Shown piece by piece: positions 9,552-19,743 of a stretch of 64,000 bases of DNA (its first letter is position 1; each line of letters starts with the position of its first letter). This DNA comes from an uncultured Acidobacteriota bacterium (GTDB lineage: Bacteria; Acidobacteriota; Blastocatellia; RBC074): assembly GCA_963796275.1 (NCBI GenBank), contig CAWCKY010000003.1:640001-704000 (forward strand). The letters run 5' to 3'. A program made the position numbers and the translations under genes. The notes under the pieces are model-generated. The model did no database searches and was not told the DNA's origin. It was given only the letters and a program-made list of their open reading frames with translations.

Positions 9552-12500
9552 TTATGGAAATAGCCGCCCATATTCGGCATTAGCCAATGCAACATCAACC
9601 TGAGCCCAGAACCTGTGGTAACGAAACGTGGGGACCGGTCCTCCATTGAGGTAGGCCTCCACCTTCGGCCACTCCGGATCATTCATATACCTGGAGCGGA
9701 TGCTCAGGAAGGTCGACATGCTGTTGATCGGATCGCCTGTCCCCATGACGCCGGAAAAGGTCGAGGGCACGTATATTGGATCGTCGAACCGCTGGTAATC
9801 GCTGCGGGATTCGGTGACGGACACCCCGATATCATCGCGGTACAGCGTCCATATCCGATCCAGTATCTCCTTGGCCATCATCTGAGAACCCGTATGCTGC
9901 GTCGCCCAGCGCCGTGTTCCTGCGCTGTAATAAATGAGCGTTTTGGCGAATGCGCCGGCCAGACCGAGGTCTTGCGTCGTGTCGGCCACTGTGACACGCA
10001 GGTTCGCGTTAAAACTCGCATCGCCCGGCATCCAGTTCTGGGTGGTCGCGTTCCAGTTGAGAGACGGTTGTCCGTTCCAATCGAGAGTTGATGGGAGCTG
10101 AAAACTACCGTCGGCCGTTAGCTGCGTGTTGGTCATCGCCCAATTCACCCATTTATCTAAGATGATCTTTGCATTGGCGTTGCCCGTCACATAATAATAT
10201 TCCGCCACACGTTCCATAGACCAGACCTGAAATCCGAACCAGGTGTTGCTCGGCGGATCGTGATAGACGGGCTGCTCGTCGTAGAACATCCCGTAGAAGG
10301 TCGAGACTCCTGTCGGAGGGGTAGCATAACGTCCGGCCCAACTGTTGGTTGCGCCGCCGGCAATCGCGCCATCTGCCGATTGCAGCCAGCGGTAGAACTC
10401 GATCTGACGGGTCAAACTCGTTCCCCAGTCGCGCGCCGCGTTGGGCGAGCGTGGGATGAGCGATGGTACGCTCGAGAGTGCATATGCAGCCATAGGGTTC
10501 TGGTATCCGAAATGGTTGTAGCTGGAACCGATGCGGAATCCCCAGTTTTGAGATACGTCGACCGGCCCACCCCATCCGTAGTACCACGACAGCAGATAGT
10601 GGGCGGAGTTGTATCCCGTTCCCGCCGCACAAGAGGGGCTCGCGCATCCCATCGTCTTGAAATACTTGTCGAACATTGAGTAGCGCAGGTAATCGCCCAT
10701 TTTCGCGGCTTTAGCCACCAACCCGTCAACTACTGCGCTGCCCCCCTGTTCATCGGCGAAGACTTTAGCCCAGTAGAGGGCTTGTACGAGGCGCGCGTCC
10801 GCATCCGGAGCATTGGTATACCGCCATTGGCGGGTATAGGTGGAATCGATTATGAACAACGGCAGGAATCCGCCCGTCGCCCCTCTACCCCACCCGAAAC
10901 TCTCCCAGGATGGATGCGGGATCGTCTCCCACACCGATTCCTGTGGTCCGCGCTGAAACGTGTTGAGATAGGCCGGCCTGGAACTACCGTCGCCGCGTCT
11001 CCCATAGCCGTACCAGTTATCCACGTCGAGCAGCCAGTGCATGCCGTAGATTTCCGATGTCCCATAGGTCGTGCGCAGTTCAGAGCCGATCGGATCCTGT
11101 CCAACCGAGACGGATGAATTTAGCGGTGTCGGGTAGTCATTCGGCAGATCGAACTCGGGCGCATACTGCGCCGGGATCGCCGGGTTATACGAGCTGGCCG
11201 TGGTCGGCTGATCCTGGCTGGTCGGAATGATGTATGCCTCCATGTTGTCGAACATAAGGCTGAGATAGCTCCAGTCCTGAGTGATGAAGCCGTACATCGT
11301 TTCTAGCCATGCCCAGTAACTGTATGCCTCAGAGGTTGTCTCGTGGCCATAATCTGGCGCCTCGCAGATCAGCGTCTCTTTCGAGTGGTAAGGAACGCCT
11401 TCGGGACTGAAGTATCCGTTTTCAGGATTGTGCAGATCTTCCCACAGATCCAGAAATCGTTGTGTGTAGGCATTGGTGGGCGTCCCGCCTTCATCAGTCG
11501 TGGCCGTCACGGCATTGCTGGGCGCCGAAACGTTCCCGGCGGCATCGAGCGCCTGAACGGTGAAAGTGTAGCTCGTGTTGGGAGTGAGGCCGGCCGCGAG
11601 AAAGATATTGAAAGTGGATGATCCTGCCACGATGGTATCGCGGGATATACGATATCCGGTGACACCGACGTTATCGGTCGAAGCGCCCCATGTCAGGGAT
11701 ACGCTGGTGGTCGTCTTGGATGCGACCGCCAGAGTTGTGGGCGCCGTCGGCGGCTGCGTGTCGATCATCGCCGGATCGGTCGTGACGGTGACCGCATTAC
11801 TTAGGGCTGACATGTTTCCCGCCGCATCCACGGCCCGCGCGGTGTAGGTGTGAGCTGTAGATGGGGTTAGCCCGGTGACCGTGAAGGAGGTCGCGGCGCT
11901 GGTCCCAACCTGTGTAGCGCCTTCGATGATGCGATATCCCGTGACGCCGACGTTATCGGTCGAAGCGCCCCAGGTCAGGGATACGCTGGTGCTCGTCTTG
12001 GATGCGACCGCCAAGGTTGTGGGCGCCGTCGGCGGTTGCGTGTCGGAGGAAGACGGTATGGGTTCGGAGCCCCAGACCAGCGTGCCATTGCGATACAGTG
12101 TGATGCGATCCCAGTCCGCGAAGCTGGTCTTCGTCGCGTCGTACGAGTAATCATTACCTTCTGTGTAATTGCTCCAGTTCTGGCTGTGAAGGCGGGTTTG
12201 AATCTCTCCGCTCTGCTGGCCCGGCGCGATGCTCCCCGCGCCCGCGCCGAAAGCCAGTTCGAGATAAGTGTTGGCGCCGGCCACGGGAGCCGGCAGCGAG
12301 ATGAAGCGTGCATTGATGTTGGAGCAGCCTCTCATCGCCCAGTCGCAGTCGTAGACTTGCGGCATGCTTCCGTCGTTCGTATACCAGTAGCGTATCGTCA
12401 ACTCGCTGAGCGGCACGGCTGCCGCCCCGGTGTTAACGACGTTGAGATGCGCCTTGATCTGGTTGTCGCCGGGCGAATTAGGGTCTGCCAAACGATATTG

Positions 12501-12641
12501 GATTTTCAGCGCTGGTGCTTGTAGATAGGTGGCGATTGCCGCTCCCGCTCCGGCGAAGAGCGTGGCCGTCATAACAATGGCCAGTATAACCGCGCATCTA
12601 TGCCCGATCTTTGAAGACCTTCCTGTTAGTACTAATTTCAT
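9552..12641 (-). CDS. GH48 exocellulase: signal peptide-CBM3-FN3-FN3-GH48
   Basis: CBM3 (LSELTIRYWYT, YDCDWA, GEIQTRLH); two near-identical FN3 domains (DTQPPTAPT...ASTDNVGVTGY); GH48 motifs EAPDYGHETTSEA, QRGPQESVWET, WRYTNAPDADAR and YHRFWAQ. ATG at 12641 has an AGGAGG RBS. Confidence 0.95.
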   Translation of the reverse strand: MKLVLTGRSSKIGHRCAVILAIVMTATLFAGAGAAIATYLQAPALKIQYRLADPNSPGDNQIKAHLNVVNTGAAAVPLSELTIRYWYTNDGSMPQVYDCDWAMRGCSNINARFISLPAPVAGANTYLELAFGAGAGSIAPGQQSGEIQTRLHSQNWSNYTEGNDYSYDATKTSFADWDRITLYRNGTLVWGSEPIPSSSDTQPPTAPTTLAVASKTSTSVSLTWGASTDNVGVTGYRIIEGATQVGTSAATSFTVTGLTPSTAHTYTARAVDAAGNMSALSNAVTVTTDPAMIDTQPPTAPTTLAVASKTTTSVSLTWGASTDNVGVTGYRISRDTIVAGSSTFNIFLAAGLTPNTSYTFTVQALDAAGNVSAPSNAVTATTDEGGTPTNAYTQRFLDLWEDLHNPENGYFSPEGVPYHSKETLICEAPDYGHETTSEAYSYWAWLETMYGFITQDWSYLSLMFDNMEAYIIPTSQDQPTTASSYNPAIPAQYAPEFDLPNDYPTPLNSSVSVGQDPIGSELRTTYGTSEIYGMHWLLDVDNWYGYGRRGDGSSRPAYLNTFQRGPQESVWETIPHPSWESFGWGRGATGGFLPLFIIDSTYTRQWRYTNAPDADARLVQALYWAKVFADEQGGSAVVDGLVAKAAKMGDYLRYSMFDKYFKTMGCASPSCAAGTGYNSAHYLLSWYYGWGGPVDVSQNWGFRIGSSYNHFGYQNPMAAYALSSVPSLIPRSPNAARDWGTSLTRQIEFYRWLQSADGAIAGGATNSWAGRYATPPTGVSTFYGMFYDEQPVYHDPPSNTWFGFQVWSMERVAEYYYVTGNANAKIILDKWVNWAMTNTQLTADGSFQLPSTLDWNGQPSLNWNATTQNWMPGDASFNANLRVTVADTTQDLGLAGAFAKTLIYYSAGTRRWATQHTGSQMMAKEILDRIWTLYRDDIGVSVTESRSDYQRFDDPIYVPSTFSGVMGTGDPINSMSTFLSIRSRYMNDPEWPKVEAYLNGGPVPTFRYHRFWAQVDVALANAEYGRLFP

Positions 12642-12999
12642 CTTTCCTCCTAGCAAAATTGACGGACTATTTGTTGTGGCGAGTTTTTATGTTGGGATGC
12701 AATCTGTGCAAAGAAATTGACAGGATTTACAGGATTATTAAGGATTGCGGATCGGAGAAGTGATCCTGAAATATCCTGTAAACCCGGCCTATTTTTTCAT
12801 TAAGCAAAGCCGCTATTGCGCATGAGAAGGAAGAGAAGTAGAAGAAATATGCGACAGAGTCCTGAAAGTTTCGGCCAAATTTTGTTTTCTGATCTGCTCC
12901 AACGATTCGCTTTCTAAGTTGTGAAAGCGGAACATTTTGCATCTTCGTCTTCGCTTCATCTGTTCGCGCCTGAGCGGCTTTGCGTGAATGTGCCGGCCA

Positions 13000-15060
13000 T
13001 CAGAAGTGACCGGTCTGGGTATATGTAGCTCCACCAGTCGTGTAGGTGACGGTGTATGTATCACCTGCGACAGGATGAAGCATACCGGTGCCGTTAGTTT
13101 GAGCTGCGAACGTCCAATTCGCCCCGGGCCACAGAGCCTGTCCGGGAGCCATGGTGAACTGGTACGTGATGGCGCTTGCCGTGCTGCTATTACTCTGTTG
13201 TATCAAACCGCCGACAGTGTTGTATTGGCCATTGAAGCCGATTCCACCGATCCTCTGGATCGTGATAGTGATCGAGAGGGAGGTGATGTTGGCAGCGTTG
13301 GTCAGCCGGATCACCTCTTCGTTGTACCAGGGACTGTTGGTATTGATCCGCGGAGAAACCGTAACGCCTCCCGTTCCGCTGGCAGCGTTGACGGTCAAAA
13401 GCATTGGAACAGTCCGAGTGAGACCGCCGCCGGAGCCGATGAGCGTCACATTCGCGGTTCCGGTTGCAGCCGTACCCGAGGCGGCGAGCGTGAGCGTGCT
13501 GTTCGTCCCTGTTGCTGGCCCCGGACTGAAGGTGGCTGTGACGCCGGCTGGCAGCCCGCTAGCGCTCATGGTTACATTGCCGGTGAACCCGCCAGATCGC
13601 ATTATGCCGATTGTGCTCGATCCGCTCGCGCCACGGTCGATGGTCAGGTTTGATGGTGTTGCCGAAAGAGAAAAATCGGGCGCCGGGGGAGCATCCACCG
13701 TCAGGATTAGTGTGGTGGATCGGGTAAAGCTCCCACCTGCGCCCGTAATGGTCACAGTCACTGTTCCAGCTGCGGCCGCGCTCGAGGCAGCGATACTGAT
13801 GGTACTGCTCGTGCCGGTCGCATGGGTGGGGTTTAAAGTGGCCGTGACCCCTGCGGGCAGGCCGCTTGCGCTCAGAGCGACGCTGCCCGTCAATCCGCCG
13901 GATCGTGTAATAATGATCGCGCTCGTTCCGCTCGCACCTCGGCTCACGGTCAGAGTCGCGGGATTCGCCGATAGAGTGAAATCGGGATTGCCGCCGCCGG
14001 GACCTTGCCAGTTCCGCAGCACGGCCTCGGCCGGCTTGCCTCGCGGATTGTAATCGGTATCGTTGGCCACCGGCGCGGGCACGGGCCAGGCCCACCAGAA
14101 GAACCCCTTCATCCAGGATGACTGCTGGCTCCAGACCGTAAAAGCAGCCTCATAGCAATCTCTCTGCTCGGCAGTATCCAGCGCGCCTGTGAGTCCGAAG
14201 TTCCATGGTTCACGATTGGTTCCGTCGGTGCTCTTGTAACCGATCTCGGTGAATATGACCGGTTTCTGGCGCGAGTCGGCGAAATTCTGAACCGCGGCGA
14301 CCAGGTCCTCGCCGTATCTGTTCGATCGCCATGCGGCGATGAGCTGCGCCAGCGTCGGGTTGGTCTGATCGGTCAACGTGAAATATCCGTCCAGGCCGAT
14401 GAGGTCGAGCTGATCCCAGAACGAGACCGAGGTGAACTCGTCGGCGGGGAATGTCGCGTTGGCGGCATAGGTCAAGACGCCGCCGTAGACGTTGCGGATC
14501 GCGTTGATCACCGCTAGCCAGCGATCCCGATTGGCCGCACCGCTGATCGTCCGGAATTCCGTTCCCATGCAGTAAGCTTCGACATTCAGCATTTCGGCCA
14601 TCTGAGCGTAATGCAGGATGAACGTCGTGTAACTCGCGAACCAGGCATCGATATCGGTCGGGTTGATATCGCCTCTCCATTGGCCATTCCACGGATCGAT
14701 GTGGGGCTTGAGCATGACCTTCACGCCTTTGCTATGGAGGTCCTGTATAGCGGTTATGAGAGCCGCATCGGTCGGCGTCTTCTCGCCAATGGGAGCGATG
14801 ACGTTTGAGTTGGCGGTGTCCTGATACTGTGTTACCAGGACAGCTGCCCAGTTGGTCCCCGTAGCGGCGAGATCGTTGCGAGAGCTGGTGGCATCGGGAT
14901 ATGTGTATTCGTCGAACCACCAGGAGACATGTACGATCCCGTTGTACTCGAAACCGCTCTGACTTTGTGCGAGCGTCCGCAGAAAAGACGAAATGCCGAT
15001 GAGCGATATGATGGCGGCGCCTAGTATGAAAATCCGGCGATAGGCAAGGAGGGTTTTCAT
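13000..15060 (-). CDS. GH113-like (beta-mannanase-type TIM barrel) hydrolase with 2 Ig-like repeats and the shared C-terminal X domain
   Basis: KVMLKPHID, WRG, WFASY, GTEF, TYAAN, FTEIGY and WWAW motifs. The start ATG overlaps the upstream stop (ATGA, 15057-15060). Confidence 0.82.
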   Translation of the reverse strand: MKTLLAYRRIFILGAAIISLIGISSFLRTLAQSQSGFEYNGIVHVSWWFDEYTYPDATSSRNDLAATGTNWAAVLVTQYQDTANSNVIAPIGEKTPTDAALITAIQDLHSKGVKVMLKPHIDPWNGQWRGDINPTDIDAWFASYTTFILHYAQMAEMLNVEAYCMGTEFRTISGAANRDRWLAVINAIRNVYGGVLTYAANATFPADEFTSVSFWDQLDLIGLDGYFTLTDQTNPTLAQLIAAWRSNRYGEDLVAAVQNFADSRQKPVIFTEIGYKSTDGTNREPWNFGLTGALDTAEQRDCYEAAFTVWSQQSSWMKGFFWWAWPVPAPVANDTDYNPRGKPAEAVLRNWQGPGGGNPDFTLSANPATLTVSRGASGTSAIIITRSGGLTGSVALSASGLPAGVTATLNPTHATGTSSTISIAASSAAAAGTVTVTITGAGGSFTRSTTLILTVDAPPAPDFSLSATPSNLTIDRGASGSSTIGIMRSGGFTGNVTMSASGLPAGVTATFSPGPATGTNSTLTLAASGTAATGTANVTLIGSGGGLTRTVPMLLTVNAASGTGGVTVSPRINTNSPWYNEEVIRLTNAANITSLSITITIQRIGGIGFNGQYNTVGGLIQQSNSSTASAITYQFTMAPGQALWPGANWTFAAQTNGTGMLHPVAGDTYTVTYTTGGATYTQTGHF

Positions 15061-15842
15061 GGTTGCACCCCCGTATGAGTCAGACACCAGCTCACTGTCG
15101 TGATTACGTCACCTGTCTGAATACCATCGGCGCCGCCGACGGTCCGGCTCTCCGAGCATTCGGATTTGGCGACGCATCCGTTTGCGCAACCCACAATCTT
15201 GGTGACGCGGATGCGGAAGCTGGTCTTGTTGACCTCCTCGACCACGCCGCAATAGCCGTTACCCTGCCAGGGTCGAACGCAGACGGTATCGCCAACCGAT
15301 CTTCCGGATGAACGAGCCCCGGCCGACCGCAGCATCGAGGCCAGCTCGTCGTTCCCGGTCCGCTCGGCTGCCTCGAGGGGGCTTCCCCAACCGCGCTGGC
15401 TGGCGTTGAGGTCGGCGCCCGTGTTGATCAGGATGCGGGCGGCGTCGTTCCGGCCGAATTCGGCGGCCTCGATGAGGGCAGTTCTTCCCGCAGCGGATGT
15501 CGTGTTGATATTCGCTCCTGCCGCCACTAGCATTCGCACTGCCTCTACCTGCCCGGATTTAACCGCTTCCATTAAAGGAGTTCGACCAGCACGATCGCGT
15601 GCGTCCGGATTCACACCCTGGATCAATCGTAAACGCAGGGTCTCGAGCCTCCCTTCACGAGCGGCCTGGTGCAGTTCTGTTTGAGCAGATTCTTCTTTGG
15701 GTTCTTGCGGTTGTTGTATTGAAACTGCCGCTCTATGCGAGGGGTCTTGTTCTCGGGCGGTTACGGCCCAACCGAAGGCGAAAACCGCCATCATGCAGAT
15801 GATGAATAGAACGCGCTTGTCGGGGCGCAGCGGATTTGACAT
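15057..15842 (-). CDS. Secreted ankyrin-repeat protein with Cys-rich C-terminal domain
   Basis: Signal peptide; ankyrin motifs TELHQAA, GRTPLMEAV, GRTALIEAA and SPLEAA; 6 Cys in the last ~75 aa; AAGGAGG RBS before ATG 15842. Confidence 0.88.
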   Translation of the reverse strand: MSNPLRPDKRVLFIICMMAVFAFGWAVTAREQDPSHRAAVSIQQPQEPKEESAQTELHQAAREGRLETLRLRLIQGVNPDARDRAGRTPLMEAVKSGQVEAVRMLVAAGANINTTSAAGRTALIEAAEFGRNDAARILINTGADLNASQRGWGSPLEAAERTGNDELASMLRSAGARSSGRSVGDTVCVRPWQGNGYCGVVEEVNKTSFRIRVTKIVGCANGCVAKSECSESRTVGGADGIQTGDVITTVSWCLTHTGVQP

Positions 15843-16051
15843 GAAACCTCCTTTGAAATTCCTGGGAGCGTGAGAAGCCACGCGCGCTGAGTTTCCGGAT
15901 TATTGCTTTCGGCTTTGCCGCCAGAAGTGCGGAAGGGCCATTTGTCCGGGTCAGCTCGGACGTGGCTCCCGGTTGGTCTGCCGGGGAAAATTCGGAGACA
16001 TTCCGCAAATCTGACGGCTAGGCCGCAGGAAAATGTTCGACATTGAAGCGG

Positions 16052-16317
16052 CTGAGAGCGTGTTTAAAAAGTTCCGCTTAAACCCTGAAAATGCGCGAAA
16101 TGATAGCCAGGGCGCAGCAAAAGCATTTCTCCTGGTGATGCAGCGCCAAAGAAGCATCATGCCCGGTAAGGGCTTGAGTGCCGTTTATTACTCCTTACCA
16201 GGCCTGGTAGACATTGATGAACGCGACCGGGGGCTACGCTTCGCTTGCGCCCCCGGCTATTTTATTCGCGCCTCCTTGGGGCTCGAGGTCGAACAACCAA
16301 CTTTTAAACACGTTCAG
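16052..16317. mobile_element. MITE/REPIN-like nested palindromic element (~265 bp)
   Basis: Terminal inverted repeats GAGCGTGTTTAAAAAGTT / AACTTTTAAACACGTTC. Internal inverted pairs GCGCGAAATGATAGCCAGGGCGCAGC / GCTTGCGCCCCCGGCTATTTTATTCGCGC and GCCCGGTAAGG / CCTTACCAGGC. Confidence 0.65.
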
Positions 16318-16376
16318 AACAGCCGAGTAGGCAGTCATAAAAACTGCCTACTTCTTACTGCCTACTGCCTACTGCT

Positions 16377-19277
16377 TTAGAACTGCCCGGTTTGCGTATA
16401 ACTCACGCCTCCGGTTGTATAAGAAACCGTATACATGTCACCGGCAGTTGGATGAACCATTCCAGTACCACTCATCTGTGCCGAGAACAGCCGATTCGCC
16501 CCAGGACTGAGTGTCTGACCGGCGGCCAGACTGAATTGGTATGTGATCGTCGTCCCTGTTGTGCTGTTGCTCTGAAGTATCTGCCCACCGATGGTGTTGT
16601 ACATCCCGCTGAACCCGACTCCGCCGGTGCGCTGGATGACGATCGTGACCGAAAGCGATGTGATCGCGCCCGTGTTGGTCAAACGAACGGCCTCTTCGTT
16701 GAACCAGGGGCCGCTCGCATTGATCACCGGTGCGATGGTGACCCCTCCGGTGCCGCCGCCACCCTCGCCAACTGTCAGATTGATCGTGGTTGTGCGGGTC
16801 AATCCGCCGCCAGTTCCGGTGACCGTAACCGCAGATGGTCCGAGAGTGGCGGTGCCAGACGCAGCCAGGGTCAATGTACTGCCGGCTCCCGTAGATGAGG
16901 CCGGGGCGAAGGTCGCGGTCACGCCGGCCGGCAAGCCGCTCGCGCTGAAAGCTACGCTGCCGGCGAAGCCGCCCGTGCGTGCGATCGCCACAGCGCTGGT
17001 TCCATTCGCCCCGCGGTTGATCGACATACTAGATGGAGTTGCCGAGAGCGCGAAATCCGGCGTTGCAGGATCGTTGACAGTGAGGTTGATCGTCGATGTC
17101 CGGGTCAAACCGCCGCCCGTTCCGGTTATCGTTACTACAGCTGGTCCCAGCGTCGCCGCCGTAGATGCGGTAAATGTCACGGTGCTGCTCGATTCCGTAA
17201 CCGACCCTGGGGTAAACCCGGCCGTCACCCCCGCCGGAAGTCCGGCCGCGCTCAACGTTACAATCCCAGTGAACCCACCGGTGCGCGTGATCGTGATTGT
17301 ACTGCTCGCACTCGCACCGCGATTGACCATGACCGCTGACGGGTTGGCTGAATGAGAGAAGTTAGGAGTCGGCGGCACAGACTGCGCCGGATAAAGCTGC
17401 GTCGCCGGAATGATTTGCTTCGCGAGTCCAGCCGGTGTGCTCCAGGAGAGAGAAGCGGTGGCATCTCCTCCTGCTTCATAAAACTCCAGCCGTATCGAAT
17501 ACCGTTGCCCCAACTGCAACGGGATCGACCCGCTATCCTCTATAGCCGCGTGGTCCGTCCAGTTATCGATGATCAACTGGTCATCCACCCAGAGCCGCGC
17601 GCCGTCGTCGTGGGTCACGTAGAAGGTATACAGCTCATTGGATCGAGCCTCGACCTCGCCCTCCCAACGAACGGAGAACTGGTCGGCGGGTACAATACCG
17701 GGAGCGGGCGACCCGCCGGCCCAGTTGAAGTCGACTGTCGAGTCCGTACGCGTCAGCAGAGGCGTACCCGCGAGGGCCGTGCCCTGGTAGAACGTTCCGG
17801 TCAGGCCGGTGCCGTTGCCGGGCGGCGACATCGGAGGAGGCGTGGGAGTCGGAGGAGGTGTTCCCGGTTGACCGCCGTTCGCGAAGTAGAGACGCCCGGC
17901 GAGCGCGAATACGAAGGATGCGTTGTAGTCGATAGCGACTTCGGTCTGGGTGAAGTTATTTACGTCGTCATTATAAGTCCCGTTCAAGCTGGGGCCGCCG
18001 ACGAGTCCGCCGATCATCCCTTTGGTTGGGCCTCCACGCACGGGCTCGTTCGCGCGATGGTGCGGGTGTATGGGTGGGTTAGCCAGGTAGTTGCTCACAT
18101 AGGAGCTATTTCGCTCGTTATTCCCCAACGCGTAATTCACGATAAATGTACCCGTGTTGAAGAAATCGTTATACCCCCAAAGCTTGTAGGCAAGAAAACC
18201 GAGTCCCGCCTCGGCTGATGCGTAGCGCAAGGTGCCCCACTGGTCAAGCCAGGGGAGTCCGTCGTTCGTCTTCTGCAGGGTGTCGCGGTACCAGACCAGA
18301 TTCCAGCGCAGCCCATCCGCGTATTTCTGCATGCCAGTGAGCTGGTGCATCTTGAGGAGGCTGGCCAGAGTCATATCATCCCAGGCCATCGTCCACCGTT
18401 TCTGGTAAGGGTTGTCATTGCCGTCGTTCGGTTGTGATATCCAACCGTCCACCGGCTGTAAATAAGCATCATCATCAGTGGCGATGTGCAGCCAGATACC
18501 GGCCCATGCGAGGTCGTCGAAATGGGATGTCGAACGATAGAATGAGCCGCCACCTCCGTCGCTGCCGCGACCGAGGTTCGTGCGCCCCAACTCGAAGAGC
18601 TCGCGCGCCGCGGTAAGGCAACGGTTTGCGTAGGTTGCATCGGTGCTGCGATAGTTGATCGACATAAGCGCCAGAGCCGCGGCAGCCTGTCCGAGGATGT
18701 CCGAAGCGGGCACTCCTGGGCGGGCCGCGAGCACGGGACGAGTAATGATCTGGCCCTCTGGCGATTCCCAACGTCCGTGATCAGCGTTCCCGTCGCCCTT
18801 GTGGTAATAGAACGTGGTGGCGTTCGGATGGCTCTTGAGGAAGTAATCGGTGAAATACTTGAGCGTCCGCAATGTCTTAGGAGTCAACCCGGCGCGGTCG
18901 AATTCCGCGCGGTACTCGTAGAGCGACCATCCCAGGACACTCGCGCTGAATCCCTGCGGTTGACCGAACTGGACGAAGTCGCCGGCATCGTGGAAACCTC
19001 CCGTGAGGTCAAGCGGTGGGCTTGCCATGCTGCCGTCTGTGGTATGGCATGCCCCGCGCCAACTGAATACGTTGTCGACACCTGCGTCCGGCCCGCATTT
19101 ATTGGCATCGAAGAACCAGATCGCCTTCTCCAGCGCGTCAGCATAGTTGAAAGTCATCTGGCCCTGCGTGGGCGTCGGGCGCAGGAAAACCGTCAGGGTG
19201 GTTGTCAGGAGAATGGTAAGTAGAGTGAACAGAAGGGTCGGGAATTTTCTGCCACGTCGCGTTTGTCTCTGGTGCAT
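16377..19277 (-). CDS. GH9 endoglucanase: signal-GH9-PA14-2 Ig-like repeats-shared C-terminal X domain
   Basis: DLTGGFHDAGD, HPHHR and TEVAIDYNA GH9 motifs; PA14 motifs FSVRWEG, THDDGARLWVD and IRLEFYE. Confidence 0.93.
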   Translation of the reverse strand: MHQRQTRRGRKFPTLLFTLLTILLTTTLTVFLRPTPTQGQMTFNYADALEKAIWFFDANKCGPDAGVDNVFSWRGACHTTDGSMASPPLDLTGGFHDAGDFVQFGQPQGFSASVLGWSLYEYRAEFDRAGLTPKTLRTLKYFTDYFLKSHPNATTFYYHKGDGNADHGRWESPEGQIITRPVLAARPGVPASDILGQAAAALALMSINYRSTDATYANRCLTAARELFELGRTNLGRGSDGGGGSFYRSTSHFDDLAWAGIWLHIATDDDAYLQPVDGWISQPNDGNDNPYQKRWTMAWDDMTLASLLKMHQLTGMQKYADGLRWNLVWYRDTLQKTNDGLPWLDQWGTLRYASAEAGLGFLAYKLWGYNDFFNTGTFIVNYALGNNERNSSYVSNYLANPPIHPHHRANEPVRGGPTKGMIGGLVGGPSLNGTYNDDVNNFTQTEVAIDYNASFVFALAGRLYFANGGQPGTPPPTPTPPPMSPPGNGTGLTGTFYQGTALAGTPLLTRTDSTVDFNWAGGSPAPGIVPADQFSVRWEGEVEARSNELYTFYVTHDDGARLWVDDQLIIDNWTDHAAIEDSGSIPLQLGQRYSIRLEFYEAGGDATASLSWSTPAGLAKQIIPATQLYPAQSVPPTPNFSHSANPSAVMVNRGASASSTITITRTGGFTGIVTLSAAGLPAGVTAGFTPGSVTESSSTVTFTASTAATLGPAVVTITGTGGGLTRTSTINLTVNDPATPDFALSATPSSMSINRGANGTSAVAIARTGGFAGSVAFSASGLPAGVTATFAPASSTGAGSTLTLAASGTATLGPSAVTVTGTGGGLTRTTTINLTVGEGGGGTGGVTIAPVINASGPWFNEEAVRLTNTGAITSLSVTIVIQRTGGVGFSGMYNTIGGQILQSNSTTGTTITYQFSLAAGQTLSPGANRLFSAQMSGTGMVHPTAGDMYTVSYTTGGVSYTQTGQF

Positions 19278-19379
19278 AGTCAGACTCCTTAAATATTAGT
19301 TTTCAGTTTTCAGTTTTTAGTTTTCAGTCGAGATCACCCAGACTAAAAAATAAAAACTAAAAAATAAAAACTAAAAACT

Positions 19380-19597
19380 AAGTAACCACTCAGCTTCTTC
19401 GCCGCGTTAGCGGCGGTTGATTGTAGCCATGGGTTTTAACCCACGGTGGCGGTAGATTTTTTTCACGTCGCGTCAGCGACGGTTGAATTCAGGCGTCGCT
19501 AACGCGACGCGGGAATATTCTTCAAGCCTTCCGTGGGTTAAAACCCACGGCTACAATCAACCGCCGCTAACGCGGCGAAGTGACTGAGTTGTTACTT
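19380..19597. mobile_element. ~218-bp near-perfect nested palindrome (REPIN/MITE-like)
   Basis: Arms TTCGCCGCGTTAGCGGCGGTTGATTGTAGCCATGGGTTTTAACCCACGG and its near-exact reverse complement; inner arms CGTCGCGTCAGCGACG / CGTCGCTAACGCGACG; centre TGAATTCA at 19484-19491. Confidence 0.85.
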
Positions 19598-19690
19598 TTA
19601 CATTTTAGATTTTTAGATTTGTCATAGAAGGATCTGCATATCTTCAATGACAAATGAAAAATCTAAAATTTAAAAAACTGAAAACTGAAA

Positions 19691-19731
19691 ACGGTCCGGC
19701 GTCGGTCAACCTCCTGCCGCTGCCGGACCGT
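19691..19731 (-). terminator. Stem-loop 3' of the DUF1501 gene
   Basis: 10-bp stem ACGGTCCGGC/GCCGGACCGT followed on the minus strand by TTTCAGTTTT. Confidence 0.6.
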
Positions 19732-19743
19732 GGGTTCACCTTA

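Noticed and set aside
12920-12938. TGTGAAAGCGGAACA as a cre/LacI-type operator upstream of GH48
   Set aside because: Weak symmetry and a single occurrence; not distinguishable from chance.
16033-16380. 115-aa ORF in the ankyrin-GH9 gap
   Set aside because: It coincides with a palindromic REP/MITE-like element and heptamer repeats.
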